Origin: Escherichia coli
GTDB taxonomy: Bacteria > Pseudomonadota > Gammaproteobacteria > Enterobacterales > Enterobacteriaceae
Assembly: GCF_965641715.1 (NCBI RefSeq)
Contig: NZ_OZ282453.1
Direction: 5' to 3' (one strand)
DNA: 64,000 nt
Shown here: positions 40,459 to 52,416 of the stretch, one piece after another
How positions within the stretch are numbered: the first letter of the stretch is position 1
Layout: each line of letters opens with the position of its first letter
Notes under the pieces: model-generated
The model's database searches: none
What the model was told of the DNA's origin: nothing
Seen by the model: the letters and a program-made list of their open reading frames with translations, nothing else
Translations under genes and position numbers: made by a program

Positions 40459-42219
40459 TCAGTTAGCGATAAAACGCTTCTCGTCTGTCAGTACTTGCAA
40501 TAACAAACTTAACTGTGGTTTTTCATCTTTCACTCTTTCACCACGTAAGTTGTAAGTGCGGTATTTACCGTTATTGTTCAGCACCAGCGTCTTTTTCGGG
40601 GTGGTAATTGCCAGCGTATCGTTATCCGCTGCGGTAACCCAGTAATGACGGCGTTGAGGGTTGAACAAATCCTGACCTTGCGAATATTCGCTGGCAGGTG
40701 TGCTGACATGTAGCAGGCGTTGCATCAGCGTCGTCATCAGATCGGTATGATCAGTCAGCGCATTAATACGCTGCGCCGGCGTGCCTGGCCAGTGAATCAC
40801 TAATGGCACCTGCAGATGACCGTGGGACCAGTCAAAGGTTTCTTCCTCTTCGCTCAGTGGAATACCCCGACCGGCAGTGATAATCACCACCGTATTGTCC
40901 AGTTTGCCAGAATCACGCAGTGCATTGAGCACGCGGTTGATCTGGTCATCGACATTGCCTGCCGCCCGGCTATATTTCCGTGCAAAAGCCTGCTGATTGC
41001 TGTCGTCAATGTTAGTACCATTGAAAGAGACCCACGAGAACCAGCGGTTATCTTCTTGTGCGTAGCGGCCAAGCCAGTTGATCCACTGCGTGGCGGTCTG
41101 CTCGTCGGATTGGGTGCGTACGCTCGGCATCGAGAAATCTGACAACAATGCCTGGCGATACAGCGGGCTGGTAAAGCCATCTGATGAGAATAACCCCAGC
41201 TGATAGCCTTGCTGATTAAGCGCAGTAATTAATGCCGCAGGCGTACGGGTCGACAGAATGCCGTCCATATAGCTCGGCGAGATGCCATAGAACAGGCCAA
41301 AGATGCCGTTGTCTGTAGTGTTGCCGGAGCTCATATGGCGCGTGAACGAAATATTTTGCTCAGCAAAACCTGCCAGCGCAGGCATCTGCTTCTCGAAGCG
41401 TGAGTAGTTCAGGCCATCGACAGTAATCAACAGCACATTCTGCCCGGTGCCCATATCGCGATAGCGCAGTTCGCTTAACGGATACTGAACGGAAACGGCG
41501 TCTGGATTACCTTGCTCAATAAGACGGCGTTGATACTCCTGCGCATCAAGCAGGCCATGCTTCTCAAGAAAACGTCGCGCCGTCATCGGGTACGAAAGCG
41601 GCAGGTTAGCGCGCTGCATGGTGATCGGGCGATAGAAGTTGGCATCGGCCCAGATATACACCACATGCGAGGCGATAAAGGCGATAAATAAGAATGCGGC
41701 CAGCGGGCGCGCGAAGCGTCGACGACGCGTCAGGCTGCGCAGCTTTTGCCAGCTCCACGTCGCAAACACCAGTTCAAGCAATAAAATAACCGGCACGCTG
41801 ATGAACATCAGCTGCCAGTCGCGCGCCATCTCATTTTCGTCTGGGTTGATAACCAGTTGCCAGACGATGGGATTAAGATGGAGATGGAAACGAGTAAAGA
41901 CTTCGCTATCGATCAGTAATAGCGTCATTCCCGCCGTTGCCAGAATGACGGACAAAAACCTCATCAGCCTCTGGGAGCCGACGATAAAGGTCAGCGGGAA
42001 GAGGATCAGCAAGTAGGCGGCGAACACCAGGAAGCTGAAATGGCCGATAATGCTTACGTAGGAATAAATGCGACCAGCAAGCGTGGTCGGCCAGTCGGCG
42101 ATAAACAGGTAACGGCTGCCAATGACGAGCGAAAGCAGAATATTGAACAGTGCAAACCAGTGCCCCCAACTGACCATCTGGGAGACTTTTTCACGGTAGC
42201 GCTGACGATGAGTTACCAT
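40459..42219 (-). CDS. yejM: Inner-membrane protein YejM/PbgA (LapC; sulfatase-like periplasmic domain)
   Basis: 586-aa ORF; N-terminal TM helices plus alkaline-phosphatase-superfamily domain. Confidence 0.93.
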   Translation of the reverse strand: MVTHRQRYREKVSQMVSWGHWFALFNILLSLVIGSRYLFIADWPTTLAGRIYSYVSIIGHFSFLVFAAYLLILFPLTFIVGSQRLMRFLSVILATAGMTLLLIDSEVFTRFHLHLNPIVWQLVINPDENEMARDWQLMFISVPVILLLELVFATWSWQKLRSLTRRRRFARPLAAFLFIAFIASHVVYIWADANFYRPITMQRANLPLSYPMTARRFLEKHGLLDAQEYQRRLIEQGNPDAVSVQYPLSELRYRDMGTGQNVLLITVDGLNYSRFEKQMPALAGFAEQNISFTRHMSSGNTTDNGIFGLFYGISPSYMDGILSTRTPAALITALNQQGYQLGLFSSDGFTSPLYRQALLSDFSMPSVRTQSDEQTATQWINWLGRYAQEDNRWFSWVSFNGTNIDDSNQQAFARKYSRAAGNVDDQINRVLNALRDSGKLDNTVVIITAGRGIPLSEEEETFDWSHGHLQVPLVIHWPGTPAQRINALTDHTDLMTTLMQRLLHVSTPASEYSQGQDLFNPQRRHYWVTAADNDTLAITTPKKTLVLNNNGKYRTYNLRGERVKDEKPQLSLLLQVLTDEKRFIAN

Positions 42220-42238
42220 AACCTGTTATCTGTTTCCC

Positions 42239-42466
42239 TTAGTGCGCTTTGTCTTCGTTGATAGAGGACTGTAAGGCGCGGGCAAAAGAGTTGGCAATTG
42301 CCTGGCGTTGGGCCGGGGCAATGCTGGTGTTGATAAGGTTAGTGACCATGTTGCCTAACACCATCAGGGAAAGGTCGGTCGGAGCCTTATGTTTTTCCAG
42401 TACGTTGAGCAGCTCTGCGAGCAATTGTTCAACCTGTTCATCACTGTAGCGGGAAATTTGTGGCAT
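42239..42466 (-). CDS. yejL: UPF0352 family protein YejL
   Basis: 75-aa [44 protein letters not shown]... Confidence 0.9.
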
Positions 42467-42647
42467 AAATCGAAATCAGTTAATTGATGAAAGGGCAACA
42501 TATTACCGTAGCAACGGTTTTTTTTCTGCTTTTTTATGCGTTAAATCATTCTCGTTACGCCGCCTTCTGTAAAATGACCGCCATCTTTTATTGCGTCGCT
42601 TAACCGGCGGTGGTTGAATACCGCCCGGTCTTAAAGGAGAGTTTATC

Positions 42648-43655
42648 ATGAGTCTGGATATCAACCAGATTGCTCTGCACCAGCTTATCAAGCGTGATGA
42701 GCAGAACCTTGAGCTGGTGTTGCGCGATTCATTGCTGGAACCGACAGAAACCGTCGTTGAGATGGTGGCAGAACTGCATCGGGTCTATAGCGCCAAAAAT
42801 AAAGCTTACGGCTTGTTTAGCGAAGAGAGTGAACTGGCGCAGACGCTGCGCTTACAGCGTCAGGGCGAAGAGGACTTTCTGGCATTTAGCCGCGCGGCAA
42901 CCGGTCGCCTGCGTGACGAATTAGCGAAATATCCTTTTGCTGACGGTGGATTCGTGCTGTTTTGCCACTACCGTTATCTGGCGGTGGAGTATCTGCTGGT
43001 GGCAGTCCTGAGCAACCTGAGCAGTATGCGCGTTAACGAAAATCTCGACATCAACCCAACCCATTATCTTGATATCAATCATGCGGATATTGTTGCGCGT
43101 ATCGATTTAACCGAATGGGAAACCAATCCAGAGTCCACCCGCTATCTCACTTTCCTGAAAGGGAGAGTAGGGCGCAAAGTGGCGGATTTCTTTATGGATT
43201 TCCTCGGGGCAAGCGAAGGTTTAAACGCGAAAGCGCAAAACCGTGGGCTGTTGCAAGCGGTTGATGATTTCACTGCCGAAGCACAACTGGATAAAGCAGA
43301 GCGACAGAACGTGCGCCAGCAGGTTTATAGCTACTGTAATGAGCAGCTGCAGGCAGGCGAAGAGATCGAACTGGAATCGCTGTCGAAAGAGCTGGCAGGC
43401 GTAAGCGAAGTGAGCTTCACGGAGTTTGCGGCTGAAAAAGGCTACGAACTGGAAGAGAGCTTCCCGGCAGACCGTAGCACACTGCGTCAGTTGACGAAGT
43501 TTGCCGGTAGCGGCGGTGGCTTGACTATTAACTTTGATGCGATGCTGTTAGGTGAACGCATCTTCTGGGATCCAGCAACCGATACCTTGACCATTAAAGG
43601 CACGCCGCCGAATTTGCGCGACCAATTGCAGCGCCGGACGTCTGGCGGCAATTAA
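42648..43655 (+). CDS. yejK: Nucleoid-associated protein YejK (NdpA)
   Basis: 335-aa [35 protein letters not shown]... Confidence 0.93.
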
Positions 43656-43670
43656 TCGGTTTTGTGTTCT

Positions 43671-43708
43671 GAATGCCAGATGCGGCGTGAACGCCTTATC
43701 TGGCCTGC
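43671..43708. repeat. REP element
   Basis: GAATGCCAGATGCGGCGTGAACGCCTTATCTGGCCTGC palindromic unit. Confidence 0.8.
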
Positions 43709-43749
43709 AAAAAATAGCAATACCGTAATCAGGCATAATCTGCAGATAC

Positions 43750-43777
43750 AAAAAACCCCGCCGGAGCGGGGTTTTTT
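43750..43777 (-). terminator. rplY intrinsic terminator (bidirectional hairpin)
   Basis: AAAAAACCCCGCCGGAGCGGGGTTTTTT just downstream of the rplY stop. Confidence 0.85.
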
Positions 43778-43793
43778 ACAACTTATTCAGCAA

Positions 43794-44186
<393 letters not shown>

Positions 44187-44202
44187 TCAATCAAAACTAC
44201 CA

Positions 44203-45963
44203 TTAACCGCGTAATTCGTGCGCCCGACGAAAACGACCTTCGTAATCGAACACTTTTTCACGCACTTGCCAGTACTGACCTTTCATGCGGGCGACGACAA
44301 AATCCGGATGTCGCAGTAAGGCTTGCTGGGCGAGGATATCGGCGGCGGTGATCCAGCGCAGAGGGATGCCCGGTGTGCGCGTATGCGGGCGGATAAAAAG
44401 CTGCTCGAAAGCAGTTCGCTGGGCGGGCGTTTGCAGACGGAAACGCTCACTCACATCCGCGCCGTCTTCATCGTAATAGGTGATTTTCAACCATTCGCCT
44501 TTCTCGTCGTGCCCATGCTGCAAAGACATGCCGCTACAGCGTAATACCAGCGCATCTTTCAGTCGTAGCGCCGCTTTTAACATATCATCCGGATCAACCA
44601 GTACCGTGTCACATTCGCGGCAGCGGCGAGCGGCAATATCATTTTCCGCGTTACATTGCGGGCAATTTTTAAAACGGAAACGGAAGTCACACTGTTCGCG
44701 ATGACCGTCGTCATCTTCAAACCATCCCTGACAGCGGCGACCAAAGTGTTCAATCAATGTCCCGTCGGCGGTCGTTTTCCCCCAAAAGGTGTTGGCAAAA
44801 CCGCAGGCAGGGCAGAAAACCTGTACCGGAACGTTGTCACTTTTGCCTTTCGGTGTACCAACTTCCGGCGCGTAGAGATCGTGAGGATTACCCGCATAAT
44901 CAAGGATTAAACAATCAGTCTTGCCCGGAGCGAGACGCAGACCGCGCCCGACAATCTGTTGGTAAAGACTCACTGATTCGGTAGGGCGCAGAATGGCGAT
45001 AAGATCGACGTGCGGGGCGTCAAATCCGGTGGTCAGTACTGCGACGTTGACCAGATAGCGAAAACGCTGGGCTTTAAAATCTTCAATTAACACATCGCGC
45101 TCAGCGCCGGGGGTGTCGCCAGTAATCAGTGCAGCATCTTCGGCGGGTAGTAATCCCACAATCTCTTTTGCGTGTTCAACGGTGGCGGCGAAAATCATCA
45201 CCCCTTTGCGCGTTGCAGCAAACTCCATAATCTGGCTGATGATGTGCGGGGTAATACGTTGTTGTTTTTTTAGCTCGCGGTTGAGATCGGCTTCGCTGAA
45301 CAGCCCATTACTCTGTGCCTGCAAGCGGCTGAAATCGTATTGCACTACTGGCATATCCAGTCGTTCTGGCGGCGTCAGATAGCCGTGTTTAATCATATAA
45401 CGCAGCGGCAGCTCATAAATGCAGTCACGGAAAAGGGCTTTCTCATCGCCGCGTACCATGCCGTGATAATGGAACTGGTAGATCCAGCCTTTGCCCAATC
45501 GAAAAGGCGTGGCAGTCAGCCCCAGCAGGCGTAAGTGGGGATTCACTTTTGTCAGGTGAGTGAGGATTTGCTGATACTGGCTCTCTTCATCGTCACCAAT
45601 ACGGTGACATTCATCGACAATCAACAGCGAAAATTCACCCTGAAAGGCATCAAGATTACGGGCGACCGACTGCACGCTGCCAAATACCACTTTACCGTGG
45701 CTCTCTTTGCGCTTTAGCCCGGCGGCAAAAATATCGGCTTCCAGCCCCAGCGCCTGATACTTTGCATGGTTTTGCGCCACCAGTTCTTTAACGTGTGCCA
45801 GCACCAGCACGCGACCACGAGCCAGCCGCGCAAGTTCCGCTATCACCAGGCTTTTACCTGCACCGGTGGGCAGCACGATAACGGCAGGGGTTTTATGACG
45901 ACGAAAATGGTTGAGCGTGGCATCCACGGCTTCTTGCTGATATGGGCGGAGTGTAAAAATCAT
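44203..45963 (-). CDS. radD: Superfamily-2 ATP-dependent DNA helicase RadD (YejH)
   Basis: 586-aa ORF; Walker A PTGAGKS, DECH box, helicase C motifs, C-terminal zinc-finger-like Cys pairs (CPACG, CPQC, CREC). Confidence 0.93.
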   Translation of the reverse strand: MIFTLRPYQQEAVDATLNHFRRHKTPAVIVLPTGAGKSLVIAELARLARGRVLVLAHVKELVAQNHAKYQALGLEADIFAAGLKRKESHGKVVFGSVQSVARNLDAFQGEFSLLIVDECHRIGDDEESQYQQILTHLTKVNPHLRLLGLTATPFRLGKGWIYQFHYHGMVRGDEKALFRDCIYELPLRYMIKHGYLTPPERLDMPVVQYDFSRLQAQSNGLFSEADLNRELKKQQRITPHIISQIMEFAATRKGVMIFAATVEHAKEIVGLLPAEDAALITGDTPGAERDVLIEDFKAQRFRYLVNVAVLTTGFDAPHVDLIAILRPTESVSLYQQIVGRGLRLAPGKTDCLILDYAGNPHDLYAPEVGTPKGKSDNVPVQVFCPACGFANTFWGKTTADGTLIEHFGRRCQGWFEDDDGHREQCDFRFRFKNCPQCNAENDIAARRCRECDTVLVDPDDMLKAALRLKDALVLRCSGMSLQHGHDEKGEWLKITYYDEDGADVSERFRLQTPAQRTAFEQLFIRPHTRTPGIPLRWITAADILAQQALLRHPDFVVARMKGQYWQVREKVFDYEGRFRRAHELRG

Positions 45964-46111
45964 GGTCTCGCGTAGGTAGATTATTCTGCTAATAGTATGC
46001 CACGGTTCTTTTTCCCTTGAGGGAAGTTATTAGACCGCTATACTGGGCAGACAACAGTTCAGATTTTCGGGTCAATGCCCGACCTCCGTTTTTACAGGCA
46101 AAATCACACAC

Positions 46112-46807
46112 ATGCGACTTGATAAATTTATCGCACAGCAACTCGGCGTTAGCCGTGCTATTGCCGGGCGTGAAATCCGCGGCAATCGTGTCACCGTCGA
46201 TGGCGAAATCGTCCGTAATGCAGCGTTCAAACTGCTTCCTGAACATGATGTCGCTTACGATGGCAACCCGCTGGCGCAGCAACACGGTCCACGTTACTTC
46301 ATGCTCAATAAGCCTCAGGGCTATGTTTGCTCCACGGACGACCCTGATCACCCAACGGTGCTCTATTTTCTTGATGAACCAGTGGCGTGGAAACTGCACG
46401 CAGCAGGGCGGCTGGATATCGATACCACCGGTCTGGTGCTAATGACTGATGATGGTCAGTGGTCGCACCGCATTACTTCTCCGCGCCATCATTGCGAGAA
46501 GACCTATCTGGTGACGCTGGAATCACCCGTAGCTGACGATACGGCAGAGCAATTTGCTAAAGGCGTGCAGTTACATAACGAAAAAGATCTCACTAAGCCG
46601 GCGGTGCTGGAAGTGATTACCCCAACGCAGGTTCGTCTGACCATCAGCGAAGGGCGTTATCATCAGGTGAAACGCATGTTCGCCGCTGTGGGTAACCATG
46701 TGGTTGAGCTGCATCGTGAACGTATTGGCGGCATTACGCTGGATGCTGATTTAGCCCCCGGTGAATATCGTCCGTTAACTGAAGAAGAAATTGCCAGCGT
46801 CGTCTAA
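46112..46807 (+). CDS. rsuA: 16S rRNA pseudouridine(516) synthase RsuA
   Basis: 231-aa ORF; S4 domain then RsuA-family catalytic region ([17 protein letters not shown]). Confidence 0.94.
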
Positions 46808-46834
46808 CTTTTCAATGACTTTCAGGAGCCCGTT

Positions 46835-48025
46835 GTGACCACCCGACAGCATTCGTCGTTTGCTATTGTTTTTATCCTTGGCCTGCTGGCCATGTTGATG
46901 CCGCTGTCGATTGATATGTATCTGCCCGCGCTACCGGTAATTTCAGCGCAGTTTGGCGTACCGGCGGGCAGTACGCAGATGACCCTCAGTACTTATATTC
47001 TGGGCTTTGCGTTGGGGCAGTTAATCTACGGGCCGATGGCAGACAGCTTCGGGCGTAAGCCGGTGGTTCTTGGCGGTACGCTGGTGTTTGCCGCCGCCGC
47101 GGTGGCGTGTGCGTTGGCACAAACCATCGATCAGCTGATTGTGATGCGTTTCTTCCACGGGCTGGCGGCGGCTGCGGCCAGCGTGGTTATCAACGCTTTG
47201 ATGCGTGATATCTACCCGAAAGAAGAGTTCTCGCGGATGATGTCGTTTGTCATGCTGGTGACAACCATTGCACCGCTGATGGCACCGATAGTTGGCGGCT
47301 GGGTGCTGGTGTGGCTGAGCTGGCATTACATCTTCTGGATCCTCGCCGTGGCGGCGATTCTGGCTTCGGCAATGATCTTCTTTCTGATCAAAGAAACCTT
47401 ACCACCGGAGCGTCGCCAGCCTTTTCACATTCGTACCACTATTGGTAACTTTGCGGCGCTGTTCCGTCATAAGCGTGTCCTGAGTTATATGCTGGCCAGT
47501 GGTTTCAGCTTTGCCGGGATGTTCTCGTTCTTAAGCGCCGGACCGTTTGTCTACATTGAAATTAACCACGTCGCGCCGGAAAACTTTGGTTATTACTTTG
47601 CACTAAACATTGTTTTCCTGTTCGTGATGACCATCTTTAATAGCCGCTTCGTCCGCCGTATTGGCGCGTTAAATATGTTCCGCTCGGGGTTGTGGATACA
47701 ATTTATTATGGCAGCGTGGATGGTCATCAGTGCGCTGCTGGGGCTGGGATTTTGGTCGCTGGTGGTTGGCGTTGCGGCGTTTGTGGGCTGCGTGTCGATG
47801 GTGTCATCCAATGCGATGGCGGTCATTCTTGATGAGTTTCCCCATATGGCGGGAACGGCATCTTCGCTGGCAGGAACCTTCCGTTTTGGCATAGGGGCAA
47901 TTGTTGGCGCATTGCTTTCTCTTGCGACCTTTAACTCTGCATGGCCGATGATTTGGTCAATTGCATTCTGCGCAACCAGCTCCATTCTCTTCTGTCTGTA
48001 CGCCAGTCGGCCGAAAAAACGGTGA
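46835..48025 (+). CDS. bcr: MFS efflux transporter Bcr (bicyclomycin/multidrug resistance)
   Basis: 396-aa ORF with GTG start and AGGAG Shine-Dalgarno; 12-TM MFS protein. Confidence 0.93.
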   Translation: MTTRQHSSFAIVFILGLLAMLMPLSIDMYLPALPVISAQFGVPAGSTQMTLSTYILGFALGQLIYGPMADSFGRKPVVLGGTLVFAAAAVACALAQTIDQLIVMRFFHGLAAAAASVVINALMRDIYPKEEFSRMMSFVMLVTTIAPLMAPIVGGWVLVWLSWHYIFWILAVAAILASAMIFFLIKETLPPERRQPFHIRTTIGNFAALFRHKRVLSYMLASGFSFAGMFSFLSAGPFVYIEINHVAPENFGYYFALNIVFLFVMTIFNSRFVRRIGALNMFRSGLWIQFIMAAWMVISALLGLGFWSLVVGVAAFVGCVSMVSSNAMAVILDEFPHMAGTASSLAGTFRFGIGAIVGALLSLATFNSAWPMIWSIAFCATSSILFCLYASRPKKR

Positions 48026-48357
48026 TCTATTGCACAACGAGGAAGCTAAAAGGCTTCCTTTGTTGATGCATGTCAACCACAAATCTATCATTCCCCCGAT
48101 ATATGTTTATTTTATGTAAAATCAATTTATGTAAAAAGTCACATCATTGTAGTTAAAAAGGTTGAGTTAGATCGCAGAAACGGGTACATATAGCCCCGCA
48201 AACGTGACCACGCCCGCAGATATTACTTAAATCAGAGCCATAGAGGCCACGCAGGCGAGGCATCAATCTTTACGATCTGTATAAAGACGGATTGTTGATG
48301 ATGTGTTAAAATTGATATAAATAAATTGTGAAGTAAATGTGCTTCCGGGGAAAATAA

Positions 48358-48702
48358 GTGACTTCATTACAACTCTCAATCGTCCATCGACTGCCGCAGA
48401 ACTATCGCTGGTCTGCTGGTTTCGCAGGTTCGAAGGTTGAACCGATTCCGCAAAATGGACCGTGCGGTGACAACAGCCTGGTGGCGCTTAAATTGCTTAG
48501 CCCGGATGGTGATAATGCATGGTCGGTGATGTATAAACTAAGCCAGGCGTTAAGCGACATCGAAGTTCCATGTTCGGTGCTGGAGTGTGAAGGTGAGCCG
48601 TGCCTGTTTGTAAATCGCCAGGACGAGTTTGCTGCAACATGCCGATTGAAAAATTTTGGTGTGGCAATTGCCGAACCCTTTTCAAACTACAATCCTTTTT
48701 AA
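48358..48702 (+). CDS. yejG: Uncharacterised protein YejG
   Basis: 114-aa [38 protein letters not shown]...; recognised by sequence and position. Confidence 0.85.
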
Positions 48703-48705
48703 GCG

Positions 48706-50295
48706 TCAGCTCAACGCCAGTAGCTGACGCGTATACTCCTGCTGCGGTGTGGCAAACACGCGCGCGCACGGTCCTTGTTCCACTACTTCCCCTTGTCGCA
48801 GTACGATAACCTGATGACATAACGCGCGGACAACGTGCAAATCGTGGCTGATAAACAAATAGGCCAGTTGATGCTTTTGTTGCAATGATTTCAATAGCGT
48901 CAATATTTGCGCCTGTACCGTTTTGTCGAGTGATGATGTCGGTTCATCAAGTATGATCAGCGAGGGCTTAAGAATTAATGCCCTGGCAATCGCAATACGT
49001 TGTCGCTGACCACCAGAGAACTCCGCCGGATAACGGTGGCGTGTTTCAGGATCTAATCCCACTTCATGCATCACGGCTATCACTTGTTGTTCGCGTTGTG
49101 CGGCAGAAAGCGTCGGCTGGTGAACCCGTAAGCCTTCCTCAATAATCTGCAAAACGTTGAGTCGTGGGTTGAGCGAGGAGTTTGGATCCTGAAATACCAC
49201 CTGAATGCGATGACGAATAGGTAACAGCTGGTGGCGATTTAAATTTTGCAGTGGCTGACCGTCAAAGATGATGCTGCCCTGAGAATTAATCAGTCGCAGC
49301 AGCGCCAGTCCCGTCGTGCTTTTCCCGGAACCAGACTCGCCTACTAAACCCAGTGTTTCACCCGCTCGTAGCGTAAAACTGATGTTTTTCACCACCACAT
49401 TATGATCCACAATGCGCTTCAAAATCCCTTTGCGAATGGGGAAGGCAACCTGAAGCTGTTCAACATCCAGCAACGTTGAGGCAGGTTCTGGCAATGGCAC
49501 CGGGTCGCCTGACGGTTCACTGTTGAGTAGCTTTTGTGTGTAAGGATGAGTGGGTGAGGCAAATAGCGTAGCGGCGTTATTTTGCTCGACACAGCGACCG
49601 TTTTGCATTACCGCCACGCGGTGGGCCAGTTTTCTGACAATGCTGAGGTTATGAGTAATAAACAGCATGCCCATATTCAGCTCGCCTTGCAGTTCGCGCA
49701 ACAGCTGTAAAATCTGCGCCTGGACAGAGACGTCCAGTGCGGTGGTCGGTTCATCGGCAATTAATAATTCCGGTCGCGTTAACAGCGCCATCGCAATCAT
49801 CACCCGCTGGCGTTCGCCGCCGGAGAGCTGATGTGGATAATCTGTCAGCCGTTTTGCCGCCTGGCGGATACCAACGCGATCAAGGCAGTTAAGAATTTCA
49901 CCACGAGCCGCTTCCCGACGCATCCCGCGGTGGAGTGAAAGCACTTCATAAAGCTGTTTTTCCAGGGTATGCAATGGATTTAACGACACCATCGGCTCTT
50001 GAAAAATCATGGCGATCTTATTACCGCGTACACCGCGCAACGTTTGATCGCTGGCATGAAGCAGCGATTCGCCATGAAAACGAATATCGCCGGAGAGATA
50101 TTCAACCGGCGGGGAAGGGAGCAGGCGTAAAATTGACAGCGCGGTAACGCTTTTGCCTGAACCTGACTCACCCACCAGCGCCAGCGTTTCGCCAGCCTCA
50201 ATCTGTAGTGAAACATCATTGACTACTGTACGTACGGTTTGCTGATGGCGAAAACCCACCGACAAATCTTCAATCGCTAACAGAGTTTGCGTCAT
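48706..50295 (-). CDS. yejF: Peptide/microcin C ABC importer, double ATP-binding protein YejF
   Basis: ORF 48706-50343 trimmed to ATG 50295 ([13 protein letters not shown]..., 529 aa); two ABC cassettes, each with Walker A GESGSGKS. Confidence 0.9.
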   Translation of the reverse strand: MTQTLLAIEDLSVGFRHQQTVRTVVNDVSLQIEAGETLALVGESGSGKSVTALSILRLLPSPPVEYLSGDIRFHGESLLHASDQTLRGVRGNKIAMIFQEPMVSLNPLHTLEKQLYEVLSLHRGMRREAARGEILNCLDRVGIRQAAKRLTDYPHQLSGGERQRVMIAMALLTRPELLIADEPTTALDVSVQAQILQLLRELQGELNMGMLFITHNLSIVRKLAHRVAVMQNGRCVEQNNAATLFASPTHPYTQKLLNSEPSGDPVPLPEPASTLLDVEQLQVAFPIRKGILKRIVDHNVVVKNISFTLRAGETLGLVGESGSGKSTTGLALLRLINSQGSIIFDGQPLQNLNRHQLLPIRHRIQVVFQDPNSSLNPRLNVLQIIEEGLRVHQPTLSAAQREQQVIAVMHEVGLDPETRHRYPAEFSGGQRQRIAIARALILKPSLIILDEPTSSLDKTVQAQILTLLKSLQQKHQLAYLFISHDLHVVRALCHQVIVLRQGEVVEQGPCARVFATPQQEYTRQLLALS

Positions 50296-50296
50296 G

Positions 50297-51322
50297 CTAC
50301 ACCGCCTTATTAGGATCAAATGCGTCGCGGACGGCTTCACCAATAAAGATCAGCAAAGACAATAATATCGCCACCGACAAGAAGGCGGTGATCCCAAGCC
50401 ACGGAGCCTGAAGGTTATTTTTCCCTTGTAACAGCAGTTCACCGAGTGACGGTGAACCGAGCGGCAGACCGAAGCCGAGGAAATCGAGTGAGGTCAGGGT
50501 GGTGATCGAACTACATAAAATAAACGGTAAAAAGGTGAGGGTCGCGACCATGGCATTAGGCAACATATGACGCAGGATGATACTGCGATCGCTGACGCCA
50601 AGCGCCTGCGCCGCACGAATGTAGTCGAAATTACGGGTACGTAAAAACTCCGCCCGCACCACGCCGACCAGACTCATCCAGCCAAACAAGACAGTAATTG
50701 CCAGCAGCCACCAGAAGTTAGGCTGTACGACGCTGGAAAGTAAAATAATCAAAAACAGCGTCGGCATCCCCGACCATACTTCAATAAAGCGTTGTCCCCA
50801 GAGATCGACTTTACCGCCGTAATAGCCTTGTAGCGCCCCCGCCAGCACGCCCATCACGCTGGAACAGAGAGTCAGCATCAGGCCAAACAGAACCGAGATC
50901 CGCGTGCCATAGAGAATACGTGCCAGCACATCGCCGCCGTTGGCATCCGTTCCCAGCCAGTTTTGCCGGGAGGGTGGAGAAGGGAAGGGCTTATCGGTAG
51001 CAAAGTTGATACTGGTAGCACCAAAGCGAATCGGTGCCCACAGTACCCAGCCGTTATTTTCCAGCCGTTGTTTCAGCCACGGGTCCTGATAATCAGCCTG
51101 ACTTGCCAGAGGGCCGCCAAAATCGCTTTCACTGTAATTTTTCAACAACGGGAAATACCAACTGCCGTCATAACGCACCAGCAACGGTTTATCGTTGGCG
51201 ATAAGTTCAGAACACAAACTCAAACCAAACAAAACGAGGAAAATCCATAACGACCAGTAGCCGCGACGGTTATGGCGAAAACGCGCCCAACGGGCCTGAT
51301 TGACGGGGCTGAGTCGCGACAT
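50297..51322 (-). CDS. yejE: ABC importer permease YejE
   Basis: 341-aa polytopic ORF; binding-protein-dependent transport permease. Confidence 0.92.
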   Translation of the reverse strand: MSRLSPVNQARWARFRHNRRGYWSLWIFLVLFGLSLCSELIANDKPLLVRYDGSWYFPLLKNYSESDFGGPLASQADYQDPWLKQRLENNGWVLWAPIRFGATSINFATDKPFPSPPSRQNWLGTDANGGDVLARILYGTRISVLFGLMLTLCSSVMGVLAGALQGYYGGKVDLWGQRFIEVWSGMPTLFLIILLSSVVQPNFWWLLAITVLFGWMSLVGVVRAEFLRTRNFDYIRAAQALGVSDRSIILRHMLPNAMVATLTFLPFILCSSITTLTSLDFLGFGLPLGSPSLGELLLQGKNNLQAPWLGITAFLSVAILLSLLIFIGEAVRDAFDPNKAV

Positions 51323-52416
51323 TAACGTCCCTCAAAATCTATACGCGGATCGACCAGCGTATAGCTGATATCACTGACAATATTCAGCAGCAGGCCAATC
51401 AAGGTGAAAATATACAAGGTACCAAACATTACAGGATAATCGCGCGAGACGGTCGCTTCGTAGCCCAGTAAGCCAAGACCATTGAGTGAAAACATCACCT
51501 CAATCAGCAGCGAGCCGGTAAAAAACATGCTGATAAACGTCGCCGGAAAACCGGCAATCACCAGTAGCATGGCGTTGCGGAACACATGTTTCCAGAGAAT
51601 ATTTTTTTCACTTACCCCTTTCGCACGCGCGGTCACCACGTATTGCTTGCGTACTTCATCAAGGAATGAGTTTTTTGTCAGCATAGTCAGCGCCGCAAAG
51701 CCACCAATCACCGTCGCCAGCACCGGCAGCGTGATATGCCACAGATAATCGGTGATTTTCTGATACCACGGCAGCGAATCAAAGTTAGCGGAAACCAGGC
51801 CGCGTAGAGGGAACAGGTCGAAATAGCTGCCGCCTGCGAAGAAGACAATCAGCAGGATGGCAAACAAAAAGGCCGGAATGGCGTAGCCGATGATGATAAA
51901 TGCGCTACTCCAGACGTCAAAGCGGCTCCCATTATAAACAGCTTTGCGAATGCCTAACGGAATCGACACCAGATAGATAATCAGCGTGCTCCACAATCCG
52001 AGGGTGATGGAAACCGGCAGACTGTCTTTAATCAGCGTCAGCACCGAGGCGCTGCGAAACAGGCTATCGCCAAAATCAAAGCGGATGTAGTCCCAGAGCA
52101 TTTTGAAGTAACGTTCGTGGATCGGCTTATCGAAACCGTAGCGATGAGTGATCTCGGCGATCACTTCTGGATCTAATCCGCGTCCGCTACGGTAATTACT
52201 GTCGCTGATATTACCGACGCCTGTTTGCGCATGGCTGGCGCGAACGCCTTCACCGCCTGCGCCGGGTAATACTCCGGCATTACCAAACTCAATGGCGGCG
52301 ATGGCCTGGTCGACCGGACCGCCAGGCGCAATTTGCACGATGAAAAAGTTGATAGTGATAATCGCCCATAACGTTGGGATCACCAGCAACAGACGGCGAA
52401 TCAGATAAGCGCCCAT
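51322..52416 (-). CDS. yejB: ABC importer permease YejB
   Basis: 364-aa polytopic ORF; OppB-like permease. Confidence 0.92.
   Translation of the reverse strand: MGAYLIRRLLLVIPTLWAIITINFFIVQIAPGGPVDQAIAAIEFGNAGVLPGAGGEGVRASHAQTGVGNISDSNYRSGRGLDPEVIAEITHRYGFDKPIHERYFKMLWDYIRFDFGDSLFRSASVLTLIKDSLPVSITLGLWSTLIIYLVSIPLGIRKAVYNGSRFDVWSSAFIIIGYAIPAFLFAILLIVFFAGGSYFDLFPLRGLVSANFDSLPWYQKITDYLWHITLPVLATVIGGFAALTMLTKNSFLDEVRKQYVVTARAKGVSEKNILWKHVFRNAMLLVIAGFPATFISMFFTGSLLIEVMFSLNGLGLLGYEATVSRDYPVMFGTLYIFTLIGLLLNIVSDISYTLVDPRIDFEGR

Noticed and set aside
40308-40460. Genomic island or prophage integrated at tRNA-Pro (proL)
   Set aside because: The tRNA is flanked immediately by yejM, a core gene, on one side and the yejO terminator on the other. 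There is no integrase, no direct repeat of the tRNA 3' end, and no block of foreign genes.
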